Translations under genes and position numbers: made by a program
Sequence record: NC_004629.1
Direction: 5' to 3' (one strand)
DNA length: 64,000 nt
The notes under the pieces: model-generated
Told to the model about the DNA's origin: nothing
What the model saw: only the letters and a program-made list of their open reading frames with translations
Databases searched by the model: none
Shown here: piece after piece, positions 1-17,632 of the stretch
How the letters are laid out: the number at the start of each line of letters is the position of its first letter
Position numbering within the stretch: the first letter of the stretch is position 1

Positions 1-157
1 GACTAGGACCCATTACTGCATTATTACCATCGAAGAACTGATAAATGGATTCGAAAGGTAGATCAAGTTTATTTAGAGCATGCAACTTAGGTGACTGAAG
101 TTTAGCATATTCGCGTACACTATAATTTTTCAGAAACTGTGTAATATTTAAGCGCAT
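1..157 (-). CDS. 5' part of virion RNA polymerase beta-like subunit (phiKZ gp178-like), runs off window start
   Basis: Hand translation of the minus strand from ATG 157-155: MRLNITQFLKNYSVREYAKLQSPKLHALNKLDLPFESIYQFFDGNNAVMGPS, open to the window edge. It starts 2 nt after the beta' exon 2 stop. Product inferred from recalled phiKZ gene order. Confidence 0.7.
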   Translation of the reverse strand, partial: MRLNITQFLKNYSVREYAKLQSPKLHALNKLDLPFESIYQFFDGNNAVMGPS

Positions 158-159
158 GA

Positions 160-345
160 TTAATCCCTTTGTTTGGGTTCCCCAGTCATGTACCGAAGAG
201 TTAAATTGAGTGTATGGACACCAACACTAAATGCCAGTCGACCATCGGCATGTATATATGCAATACGTTTCTTAAAGAAAGCATCTGTTTCAGCGATAGC
301 TTCCTCTGAATAAACTGCGTTAAATGATACAGTGTCCCCGTCGAA
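160..345 (-). CDS. Exon 2 of virion RNAP beta' subunit (61 aa, not in ORF track)
   Basis: Translates FDGDTVSFNAVYSEEAIAETDAFFKKRIAYIHADGRLAFSVGVHTLNLTLRYMTGEPKQRD*. Joined to exon 1 (...LGAD) it restores ADFDGD in frame. Preceded by the intron terminal G at 346. Confidence 0.92.
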   Translation of the reverse strand, partial: FDGDTVSFNAVYSEEAIAETDAFFKKRIAYIHADGRLAFSVGVHTLNLTLRYMTGEPKQRD

Positions 346-659
346 CGTTATGTTCAGTATCAGTCGTTAATTGATACCCGCACCATTACGTGCAGCTCTA
401 GCTCTCGCTAGAAGACCAGACTATATCTTCACCTACAGCATTATCTGTTTAGGTGCTCTCCATTTCGAGTCACTTGACCCTACGGGGCGCAACCCCCTAG
501 TCGTTGAACGTTCCACATATTACAGTTAAGTAACTTAGCGGCTTCGCTGCTGATTGTCTCTACCTAATCATTTTCAAACATTCGCACTTACTGTTTCCAG
601 TTATGCTGTAGTTGATTAGTTTAACGAGAGTTTCCAGCAATTAAAAGAGTAAAACATAT

Positions 660-1733
660 TCATTTCGGAATATGTGGACTTATGTATTTTACTGCATAAT
701 TTCTAAAAATACAACCATGTTCAGATTTCCTTAGATGATAACCTAAGCAACCTGGTGTGACATTGAAAAACTCAGCAGCTTCCTTCAGTGAGTTTTTTAT
801 TAATACAGCTTCAGATTCTAATGATTCAATATGAATTCTACGATGGGTTTCCACATATACGAGATTATCATTATTCCATGGCGTATCGTCATCTTCGTAT
901 TTAAACTGTAATGACTGATTGTAAACAAGATTACTATTTTTAGTTAAACGTAATCTTAAAGTTTCACCATCTACACCAATTTCTCGGGCGCAGTGTTCTA
1001 TGCTGTAATAACGAGTTATATTGGTAGTTATAAGGTCTCTGACCAAAACTGCTTTGGAATTATGAAGTCCATTGATATGCGCATGTTCGCAATTTCTTTT
1101 ACGGGTAGCCCATTCAAGGTTTGTTAAATCATTACAATCTTTAATTGTATTTAAATGATTCACATCGAGTGAATCAACATTACCTGGATATTTTAAGAAA
1201 GCTAGACTAAGAAGACGGTGCATTCCTACAATTGTACGTTTACCTACATCCGGCTGAACACCATACATCAGATAACCATCTTCATTCATGTATGGTGAAA
1301 GATGATTACTGTTAACAGTGCTAAGTACTTGTCCAGCGCGATTAATCATGTATCTACTATATCCGGGAATATAACAGTATTCTTTTATTAATGGATGAGT
1401 AAGTTCGCCTTCAGGACACGCCCAAATAAAATTAGTTAGGCGATGATTACTTTTATTACCGTCTTTGTAAATAACGCGTAGTTTATGTAGTAACCGCATT
1501 GGTAATATGCAGTTTCTATACGTAACACCTAATACAACAGATAGTGACAAACCGTCAAACCATTCACCTGTTATATGTTCAGGAAAAAGATGTTCTCCTT
1601 CATCACTAACCATTGTGGTCAGTACGCGTTTACTTATACTTTCTCTAGCGATACCACTACAGCTGATTTCATACATGCCACCAGTATGTGGTATCTTTTT
1701 AAATCCTGGATTTTCAATGAATTTTTTTAACAT
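660..1733 (-). CDS. Intron-encoded HNH homing endonuclease (NUMOD4-HNH-NUMOD1, I-HmuI-like; gp179-like)
   Basis: HRLLSLAF...DVNHLNTIKDCNDLTNLEWATRKRNCEHA HNH motif; NUMOD4-like segments KKIPHTGGMYEISCSG and YIPGYSRYMINRAGQV; two C-terminal HTH-like repeats (YYSIEHCAREIGV, SLKEAAEFFNV). Confidence 0.9.
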   Translation of the reverse strand: MLKKFIENPGFKKIPHTGGMYEISCSGIARESISKRVLTTMVSDEGEHLFPEHITGEWFDGLSLSVVLGVTYRNCILPMRLLHKLRVIYKDGNKSNHRLTNFIWACPEGELTHPLIKEYCYIPGYSRYMINRAGQVLSTVNSNHLSPYMNEDGYLMYGVQPDVGKRTIVGMHRLLSLAFLKYPGNVDSLDVNHLNTIKDCNDLTNLEWATRKRNCEHAHINGLHNSKAVLVRDLITTNITRYYSIEHCAREIGVDGETLRLRLTKNSNLVYNQSLQFKYEDDDTPWNNDNLVYVETHRRIHIESLESEAVLIKNSLKEAAEFFNVTPGCLGYHLRKSEHGCIFRNYAVKYISPHIPK

Positions 1734-1738
1734 GGTTG

Positions 1739-1765
1739 TTATCCTATTTATTTCCTATAGGATAA
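1739..1765 (-). promoter_or_regulatory. Hairpin sequestering the HNH ribosome-binding site
   Basis: Perfect 9-bp inverted repeat TTATCCTAT-N9-ATAGGATAA; the 3' arm holds the AGGA element just upstream of the ATG at 1733. Confidence 0.55.
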
Positions 1766-1788
1766 CTAGATATACAGTATTACAATTA

Positions 1789-3258
1789 ATCCGCCCCCAA
1801 TGGCGCGAGAATAGAAGGCGATATGGATACTGAGTCGTGCCACTGGGCTGGTTTATTTAATTCAAACACAGGGAATTCTAAGGCTGGTTCCAACGTATCA
1901 TCACGTTCCCATTGATCATTTAACGGATAACGTAATTCACCCACTACAGTTGTTTTAACATACATCTTACAGGGGATAGAGCTATTGTAGTTTTCTACAG
2001 GATATCGTGTAACAAACGCTGAGTTTGTTCGCCACATACTTAATCCACTGAGGTAAACTAACTCAGCGTATGTGATAGGTCTTACAAACTTCTTATTTAG
2101 GTTTGTAGGTAATTCGTCAATATTGCGGAATATCCTGAAATTTTGTTTATCATCGACGTAGATAAGTGCTAAATAATGATCAGCAATTTCAATTGCACGT
2201 GAACGTTTTTCAATGACATCTAACTCATTGATGATTTGTTCTTGCCCTTCAGGAGTTCCCCATAAATCCATATCTTCGTTAGATATATCAACCCATTCTA
2301 AACGTAGTGTTTTCTTATTGATGAGCTGCACAGTGTTAGTAACTGTATCAAACACTTCACCAACTACACCTTGCCTTAGTGCAAAGATTGTACGCGGTGC
2401 AACAGAACGAGCTGCTTGATGTAAGCCAACTACGGCATCTTTGAATGTTGGTCGATTAGGTGAATCAAGATCAGCCGCATTAGTATCTAGCGAACTAATG
2501 ACGTTACGGGTACCATTGGCAATACGACGGGATGCCCATTTAGATTGGATATAACCTCGTTTACTACCTGCTAATAACCTTTCATAATGTTCATAAATAG
2601 CTAATACTGTATTTTGCATCGCTACTCGTTTGCGATCATAGATACTCAAGTCATCGTTTGGTCCAAAACTGTCAGGTACACCAAACGACTGATTTAATAG
2701 ATATCTATAATGTTCATTGACCTCATCCATCTCAACACGATTATTCTCATCAATCTCTGCATCACGATAAGCAGCAGGTGTTACAATCATGTCTTTAAAA
2801 ATACAGTTATCTTTATATTTTTCGATTAATTGTAACCTTGATAGCCGAATCCCTGACTTAGTGGTCCCAAAGTCAATTCGTTTCCAGTTATCAAAAAAGA
2901 ATGTATAACCAGTTTTACCAGTTAGTTCATCAGCGCGGATAAAATCTTTAATAGATTCATCAAATACTGCAAATGCCTTACCAAGAATAATTTCTTCATA
3001 GAAAGCTTTTAATTTAATTAAGTTTCGATATACAACTGGATGGATAAGTTCTAAACCTAAATGGATATATCCAAATAAACTCTCACGATCAGTTGATCCA
3101 ACTCTTCCAAAAATGGAAACAGAGAACAAACCATCTTCATGAAAGTTACCACCTAAACCTTCAAATATCTCATGACTCTTTACTTGACCTAAGAACTTTA
3201 ATTGTTCTTTAGTAGGAATAAGTAAAGAAATATTAAAAGGAACTAATGCCTTCTTCAT
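1789..3258 (-). CDS. Exon 1 of virion RNA polymerase beta' subunit (gp180-like); spliced product 551 aa
   Basis: DGLFSVSIFG, GYIHL, PAAYRD, RRIANGTRNVI and RYP motifs typical of beta' subunits; the ORF stops exactly at LGAD, inside the catalytic motif. Confidence 0.92.
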
Positions 3259-3333
3259 TTTCTATTTTCCTATTTTGGTAATACTAAGTTAAACAACGAT
3301 ATGATACTTTACTAATCGTCAATGGAGTTTAAT

Positions 3334-12097
<8,764 letters not shown>

Positions 12098-12155
12098 ATA
12101 CTTGGAATAGTTATTTATTGTAACCATTCTTAAACCAATGTAATAGGTAATTAAC

Positions 12156-12461
12156 ATGTCTCTACTTAAAAAGATCGGTCTAGCTTTAATTGGATCAGAA
12201 GGACGTAAGGAAGTTTTTGAACAAGAATTAACTAAACTATCAAATTCTAATGCAGTTATTGATCAAATGGTGATTAATTTACTGGGTAGTAAGAAGAAGT
12301 TAGATGACTTCCTAATTAAAGCTGAAGAAATTGATAATAAGAAACTAGGCTTCATTAAAAATCGAGCCGAACTTATTAAACTAGTCAAATCTAAATATTC
12401 ACAAGACCCTCGGGTTGCCGATGTAGTAGTGTCACTTTACATTGGTGGTTTCATTTATTGA
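12156..12461 (+). CDS. Hypothetical protein (101 aa)
   Basis: ORF with AGGT RBS; Lys-rich and helical. Confidence 0.7.
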   Translation: MSLLKKIGLALIGSEGRKEVFEQELTKLSNSNAVIDQMVINLLGSKKKLDDFLIKAEEIDNKKLGFIKNRAELIKLVKSKYSQDPRVADVVVSLYIGGFIY

Positions 12462-12468
12462 GGTAAGT

Positions 12469-13161
12469 ATGTCTAAACCTAATCTTGAGTGGTTAGCTTC
12501 CTTAGAAAGTAAAGAAGCTAAGAGTACAGTAGATTCTTCCGATATGGATAATGATCAAAAGGAAGGTAGCGATAAGTCTCAACAAGATGAAGCTACTGAA
12601 CCTGAGAAGAAAATTACTGCAACTGATGTACAAATTGCAATTGAAGAATATGCGCGTATCCGTGCATTAACCACTACTAAAGATCTTCCAACTGACCCTG
12701 AACCAGGTGATACTTATCATGTAAATGGGGTAGATTGGATTTATCAAGAAGATGGTGGATGGGTAACTATGCAAGGTATTTATGGCCATGAACATTTTGA
12801 TGAAAATGGTCTAAATATTGAAGCAAGTGGTATTGATCAGAAATCAGGTGCAACTAAACGTTATGTGGTAACTGGTTATAATGCTCAGACTAACCCAGCT
12901 GCTATGCCTGGTGATAATCTGACTGAATGTGTTATCCTAATGCAGAATGGACTTGTTCCAGAAGTTGGTGTAAATGGCCTAACTGCTGACTGTCTACTTA
13001 AAATCGTTAAAGATTTATTTGAAGGTTATCAAGCAGGCCCATTTGCATGTGAAGAGAATCAGGTAGTGATTAATTCAATGGACCGTGCTCTTAGTGCAAT
13101 TCATCAACGCCTCGTAAGACGTAAAGAACAAGGTACTGAAGGTACCTATAGTGGTAATTGA
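12469..13161 (+). CDS. Tad1-like nucleotide-signal sponge domain fused to an acidic N-terminal extension (230 aa)
   Basis: C-terminal MQNG..EVGVNG..DCLLKIVKDLFEGYQAGPFACEEN...R..RRKEQGTEGT aligns by eye to recalled Tad1 (FQKG..[30 protein letters not shown]...RRVEDRIERNVLGT). GAGGT RBS at 12460 favours a start at 12469. Confidence 0.75.
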   Translation: MSKPNLEWLASLESKEAKSTVDSSDMDNDQKEGSDKSQQDEATEPEKKITATDVQIAIEEYARIRALTTTKDLPTDPEPGDTYHVNGVDWIYQEDGGWVTMQGIYGHEHFDENGLNIEASGIDQKSGATKRYVVTGYNAQTNPAAMPGDNLTECVILMQNGLVPEVGVNGLTADCLLKIVKDLFEGYQAGPFACEENQVVINSMDRALSAIHQRLVRRKEQGTEGTYSGN

Positions 13162-13168
13162 CATAAAT

Positions 13169-13186
13169 GCCTCCCTTCGGGGAGGC
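13169..13186 (+). terminator. Intrinsic terminator (UUCG loop)
   Basis: GCCTCCC-TTCG-GGGAGGC then TTTATTT. Confidence 0.85.
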
Positions 13187-13204
13187 TTTATTTCGTATTA
13201 AAAA

Positions 13205-13224
13205 AAATTTGAGATTTATATTAC
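13205..13224 (+). promoter_or_regulatory. phiKZ-type early promoter
   Basis: AAATTTGAGATT-TATATTAC; TATATTAC is the established phiKZ early promoter core (13217-13224). Confidence 0.7.
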
Positions 13225-13269
13225 TAGTGTGTAATTAGGAAACCATCTATCTAGTAAAGAGGAATCACA

Positions 13270-13824
13270 ATGAGCGTTGTAATTTTCACTGCCAGACCTA
13301 TTGGTTATAAAGTTCCTGGCGCTAATTCCACTGTAAATAAGTTTGCACTAAATACAGCTAATGCACCTAGTGTATATAGTTCTTCACCAGGATCACCAAT
13401 TACTGCTCAGGAGAGTAGTTGTATCTATACACTCACTTCAAATCATGAGTTAATCGCTGGGGACACCGATAAAGATAACTCCCTAATGAGTTTCAAACTA
13501 GTGCTTGCGTATAATAACGATACAGCTAATTATCTAATTAGTACGCAGGTTATTGATAGTATCGATAAACTAAAAGGAGTGGAAATTATTAGTGAACTCA
13601 GTTTCAGTGTAATTGATACTGGTGCACATATGATCCGTAGAGTGAATTCGATCGGTGTATGTGAGGCTGTCGCCGCTCGATGGTCTCCAGTTGCAATTGA
13701 ACACGTGGCTAAAGCAACCGAGCGTGAGCACCCTGGTACTCCCATCGGTGATGCTCGTGAGATGATCGACTCTGGTGAAGACCTGGGTGACGTATGTACT
13801 TCATATATCAAATCGAGTAACTAG
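13270..13824 (+). CDS. Hypothetical early protein (184 aa)
   Basis: GAGGA RBS; first gene after an early promoter. Confidence 0.75.
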   Translation: MSVVIFTARPIGYKVPGANSTVNKFALNTANAPSVYSSSPGSPITAQESSCIYTLTSNHELIAGDTDKDNSLMSFKLVLAYNNDTANYLISTQVIDSIDKLKGVEIISELSFSVIDTGAHMIRRVNSIGVCEAVAARWSPVAIEHVAKATEREHPGTPIGDAREMIDSGEDLGDVCTSYIKSSN

Positions 13825-13825
13825 C

Positions 13826-14068
13826 ATGGTAGATAAAGACAAAACAATGGTAGATTTGATTAAGTCAGCGCAAGAACTGACTTCACATCTTGGCCCACTG
13901 AATAAAGTATTAACTACCATTAATCTAATTGGTATGCCAGATGCTTTAAAAGAAGTAGTTAAACTCCCCGATGTAAAATGTGTTGTATATAAACGACCAT
14001 TAACTGATAATCTAATTAAGGTTGTCTTTAATGATGGTAGTTGCTTTGTGATAAAAGATGTAAATTAA
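13826..14068 (+). CDS. Hypothetical protein (80 aa)
   Basis: In-frame ATG 13826 just after the upstream stop is more likely than the 13775 start in the track. Confidence 0.65.
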   Translation: MVDKDKTMVDLIKSAQELTSHLGPLNKVLTTINLIGMPDALKEVVKLPDVKCVVYKRPLTDNLIKVVFNDGSCFVIKDVN

Positions 14069-14098
14069 ACCACCACCGTAAATAGAGAGAGTACTAAA

Positions 14099-14503
14099 AT
14101 GTCCATCGAAACCACCAAGAAGTTTATCGAAACCCACAACCTAAATGAAAAAGTAAGCATGTCTGATGCCGGGGTATTTGAGATCCCTGACGGTCTATTT
14201 GAAGAAGTTGTTCTTCAACCAGCAGGCGTTACTGCCGAGCAGTATGCGCAGGTACATGAAGGTGCAGGTCAACTAGCAGCGGCTGTAAGTTATGTATTTG
14301 CTGAAAAAGCCGCACCGTACATGAAAGAAAATGAAAGCATTGCTGAGCTTGGTTATTCTTATAATGCAGGCGGTGCAACTGTTTCTGGTATCATTGATCG
14401 CAGTGGTGCTCTTGTAACAGTTGTAGATACCAAATATAAGAGTAGCGCTATGACTGACGTTGTTGAAAGTGTAGCCAGCTTCTTTGAAGATGTCAATAGC
14501 TAA
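14099..14503 (+). CDS. Acidic hypothetical protein (134 aa)
   Basis: ORF with RBS, followed by a terminator. Confidence 0.75.
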   Translation: MSIETTKKFIETHNLNEKVSMSDAGVFEIPDGLFEEVVLQPAGVTAEQYAQVHEGAGQLAAAVSYVFAEKAAPYMKENESIAELGYSYNAGGATVSGIIDRSGALVTVVDTKYKSSAMTDVVESVASFFEDVNS

Positions 14504-14533
14504 TATATACTAGCTATTTCAATATAATAAGAT

Positions 14534-14554
14534 CAGTGGGTGCATTGCCCACTG
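14534..14554 (+). terminator. Intrinsic terminator
   Basis: CAGTGGG-TGCATTG-CCCACTG then GTCATTTTTT. Confidence 0.7.
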
Positions 14555-14623
14555 GTCATTTTTTATATTAAAAAAGTTTAATGGCTAAATAGTACATTTT
14601 AATAATTTAAGGAACTGAGTATT

Positions 14624-14953
14624 ATGGCGGATCAGAATTTATTTAAAGAAGTTCATGGTGATAATAAAAAATCACATTCTGACAATATCAAATATAATCT
14701 AGTTATTGCAATTGTACAAACTGCCCGTCAAAAAGCCATTTCTCAAAAAGTATTGATTGATGATGTTTTCACTAAACTAGGCATCTCTGATGAACTTAGT
14801 GAGAATATTAAAATGTTTAATTTACCAGCTTTAAGCATTGATGTATTAGTTGATGTTCTATATAGCTTAGGTTATAGAGCTTCATTAGAATTATCGCAAC
14901 AAGATTTAGAAGATAATGTTGAAGCAGTAATTAAACTTAAGATGAGGGATTAG
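14624..14953 (+). CDS. XRE/HTH_37-like DNA-binding protein
   Basis: NLVIAIVQTARQKAISQK...LSIDVLVDVLYSLGYRASLEL matches the pattern of XRE-family HTH proteins. Confidence 0.55.
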   Translation: MADQNLFKEVHGDNKKSHSDNIKYNLVIAIVQTARQKAISQKVLIDDVFTKLGISDELSENIKMFNLPALSIDVLVDVLYSLGYRASLELSQQDLEDNVEAVIKLKMRD

Positions 14954-14955
14954 TA

Positions 14956-16014
14956 ATGAATGGTTTATTTGTATGTATCGAAGGAACTGAAGGTGTTGGT
15001 AAAACAACTGTTACAAAGATGGTTGTTGAGGAACTACGTAAGCGCAATTACGATGTAGTAGCAATGCGTGAACCAGGTGGTACAGCTACATCGGAAAAGA
15101 TTCGACAAATGTTAATTTGGCCAGAATTTAAAGATGAAGTTCGTCCGCCAGAATTCGATGTATTGATGCATAGTGCAGGTAGGATGCTTAATGTAGAAAA
15201 CATTATTCGACCTGCTTTAAAAGATGATAAAATCGTTATCACTGAACGTTTCATTGCATCTACTTATGCTCTTAATGTAGTACCTTTTGAAGAAACTAAT
15301 CCATACCTATCAAAACTATTTATGGATATTCTTCAAGGAACACTACATTCTATTCCAGAACCGGCTACTTTCTTTTTAACTGCTCCTGAAGAAGTTCGTA
15401 AAAAACGAATTGAAATGCGCGACCGAGGTCTTGACTATTATGAGTCTAAGGGTTCCAGTTACTTTAATAAAGTAGATGAAGGTTATGGACGCTTAATTAA
15501 TCAACCTAGTTCAATTGTTGTAGATACCAATCGCGATCTAGACATCATTGTTAATGAGATTGTTGAATCAATTATTTTCCTGCGTGATAAACAGAAAAAT
15601 AAACAATCATCATTTGATGAACAACTAGCTAAAACTACAACTAGTGATCAGTTTGATGATAGTGTAAGTTCTGAAATACCATGGAATGATGAACAGCAAG
15701 AAGATACTGTCGCAACAACCGATGACACTATTAATTTTGATCTAGATGCTGAAATCAGTAAGTATCTTGATGAAAATATTATCCCTCAGTTATTCGAAGG
15801 TGATGATCGTTTCCTTGCATCTGGTAAGGTTGTGGCACAGAAGTACTGCCAACGAGTTTACGATCAGCTACCTGATAGTGAAAAGCACAAGATGTTCTTA
15901 GGTTCAAATAAAGAACGTCTAAATCAACAAATTCATAGTTTACTTTACTATGGACATCAATTAGATGCATTCATTGCAGAAAATGATCTAATTGGTAAAA
16001 CACTCTGGAAATAA
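14956..16014 (+). CDS. tmk: Thymidylate (dTMP) kinase with about 140-aa C-terminal extension
   Basis: IEGTEGVGKTT P-loop, REPGGT, TERFIASTYA, LDYYESKG lid; the kinase domain ends near residue 210. Confidence 0.9.
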   Translation: MNGLFVCIEGTEGVGKTTVTKMVVEELRKRNYDVVAMREPGGTATSEKIRQMLIWPEFKDEVRPPEFDVLMHSAGRMLNVENIIRPALKDDKIVITERFIASTYALNVVPFEETNPYLSKLFMDILQGTLHSIPEPATFFLTAPEEVRKKRIEMRDRGLDYYESKGSSYFNKVDEGYGRLINQPSSIVVDTNRDLDIIVNEIVESIIFLRDKQKNKQSSFDEQLAKTTTSDQFDDSVSSEIPWNDEQQEDTVATTDDTINFDLDAEISKYLDENIIPQLFEGDDRFLASGKVVAQKYCQRVYDQLPDSEKHKMFLGSNKERLNQQIHSLLYYGHQLDAFIAENDLIGKTLWK

Positions 16015-16051
16015 AATTAATTTATTATTTCGTAATTGGTGAAGAAATTAA

Positions 16052-16303
16052 ATGAGCACTACCCTGACTCTGAAAGAATCTAAATACATCCCTGCAACTA
16101 ATCTAGATAACCTAGAAGATTATATTGGTCGTACTTTTCTAGTCGAACGAAATGGCGTGTCTACAGCGCATAAGCTAATTAAACTCTCTCGCCGAGATGT
16201 TTATCTTGGTTATCCGGATGGTAGGGAAGATTCATTTACATTGTCTATTAATAAATTCCGGAAGTTTTATAAACTAGCACCATCTAATCGCGATAAAAAA
16301 TAA
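16052..16303 (+). CDS. Hypothetical protein (83 aa)
   Basis: ORF followed by a terminator. Confidence 0.65.
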   Translation: MSTTLTLKESKYIPATNLDNLEDYIGRTFLVERNGVSTAHKLIKLSRRDVYLGYPDGREDSFTLSINKFRKFYKLAPSNRDKK

Positions 16304-16317
16304 AATACGATATAATA

Positions 16318-16338
16318 GAGTCCCCATTACGGGGACTC
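16318..16338 (+). terminator. Intrinsic terminator
   Basis: GAGTCCCC-ATTAC-GGGGACTC then TTCTTT. Confidence 0.8.
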
Positions 16339-16372
16339 TTCTTTATAATTTTTTTGTTAAAAGGTATATCAA

Positions 16373-16813
16373 GTGTTCAATAGAATTGTTAGAGCTTTTC
16401 ACATTATCGATAAAGACCAATCTAAACATGGTGAACTAGATCTACCACAATGGCCAGCCTATGTATCGGTTACTCCTAAAGTTATCGATATTAGGGATAA
16501 AGAATTTAATTATCATGGTTTTATTTCACATATCAATGCCCCTTTAAAAGTTATAAAACCAGATGAATATATTAAAGCCAGGTATACTTTATCTTCATAC
16601 TTTATCCATCAGAATGAAGGAGATGATGATCCAGTTGATGCACCAGGTTTTAGTATTGACATTGAATACAGGTTAGTTACTCAAAATACTAAGACATGGC
16701 ATTTAGATATCAACATCATCACTGATAAATCAATTAGTTACAATATCGAAAGTATTCTAAATGCGGAATTCATGTGTCAATGTCCATTTAATCTTTATAT
16801 AAACGGTAAATAG
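16373..16813 (+). CDS. Hypothetical protein (146 aa)
   Basis: GTG start with AAAGGT RBS. Confidence 0.65.
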   Translation: MFNRIVRAFHIIDKDQSKHGELDLPQWPAYVSVTPKVIDIRDKEFNYHGFISHINAPLKVIKPDEYIKARYTLSSYFIHQNEGDDDPVDAPGFSIDIEYRLVTQNTKTWHLDINIITDKSISYNIESILNAEFMCQCPFNLYINGK

Positions 16814-16840
16814 CTAATCATTTATAATAGAGGAAAGAGT

Positions 16841-17632
16841 ATGTTTAAATCCTTGAACTTTAACTACACCACTCAACCTTCTACTGAAGGTATCTGTTTG
16901 TATATCGGTCATGGCGATATTGGACTACTTGAGGGTAATAAATCTTCAACTGGCATTACTAAGAAATTAGAACAATGTCCTTATTACCTACATGTTACTG
17001 TTGGTGAATCAAATACAGCTAACCAATTGACCATTACTGGTTATACTAATAACCAACCTAACATCCGTAGTTGGCATGGTCAAGAAGCTATGGACATTCT
17101 GCTGAATAATATCAACAGCAATAACAATGTGGTGCAACGAGAACTTAACTTTGAAGTACTCATTGAATCAGTTGAACGTAAAGACCCGCGCGTTATTATA
17201 CTAATGGCGCTAGGTGCACTTCCATCTCAAGATTACCCTGGTCATTTTGATGATTTAGCATCCGATAAGCAACTATTCAAACGGGTAGGCTCTTTCATTG
17301 ATTATAATGAAAAAGAATATAGTGATACATACAATACCATTACACGCAAATTATTTAACCTGTGTGGCTGTGGTTATCCAGAAGCGGAGTTGCGTTATAT
17401 TGATGATGTATTGGATATATATCGCCAAGGTCGGAATACTTCTAAACGTAATGAATGTAATAAGAAATATGGGTTTGGTCCAACTACATTCATGCTACAT
17501 TATCTAGATAGTCTTGGATTTGCCGAGCATGGTACAGGCGCTGCTGGTTGGCTGCTCGATGAAGGTGCATGGGTTAATGTATTAGTAAAATTGGCAATTA
17601 AGGAAACCGAGGGTGGATGCACTGATGTTTAA
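16841..17632 (+). CDS. Hypothetical protein (263 aa) with C-terminal YLDSLGFAEHG..AGWLLDEG motif
   Basis: GAGGA RBS; the C-terminal motif looks like a winged-helix-like segment seen in phage proteins of unknown function. Confidence 0.7.
   Translation: MFKSLNFNYTTQPSTEGICLYIGHGDIGLLEGNKSSTGITKKLEQCPYYLHVTVGESNTANQLTITGYTNNQPNIRSWHGQEAMDILLNNINSNNNVVQRELNFEVLIESVERKDPRVIILMALGALPSQDYPGHFDDLASDKQLFKRVGSFIDYNEKEYSDTYNTITRKLFNLCGCGYPEAELRYIDDVLDIYRQGRNTSKRNECNKKYGFGPTTFMLHYLDSLGFAEHGTGAAGWLLDEGAWVNVLVKLAIKETEGGCTDV

Larger units (their letters stand above)
346..1788 (-). mobile_element. Group I self-splicing intron (1443 nt) with HNH endonuclease ORF
   Basis: Minus-strand core elements: P AAUUGCUGGAAA (642-631), Q AAUCAGCAG (555-547), R GUUCAACGACUA (509-498), S AAGAUAUAGUCU (429-418); GACUA/UAGUC forms P7. 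The 5' exon ends in U (GAU) and the intron ends in G. Confidence 0.93.

Noticed and set aside
1507-1833. + strand 108-aa ORF across the intron 5' splice site
   Set aside because: Antisense shadow of the HNH and RNAP genes; no RBS and atypical composition.
12850-13161. Acb2 identity for the sponge-like domain
   Set aside because: Lacks the Acb2 YRDLS..EI and W..I..T..Q.G.M..RA motifs as I recall them; the QAGPF/EN pattern fits Tad1.
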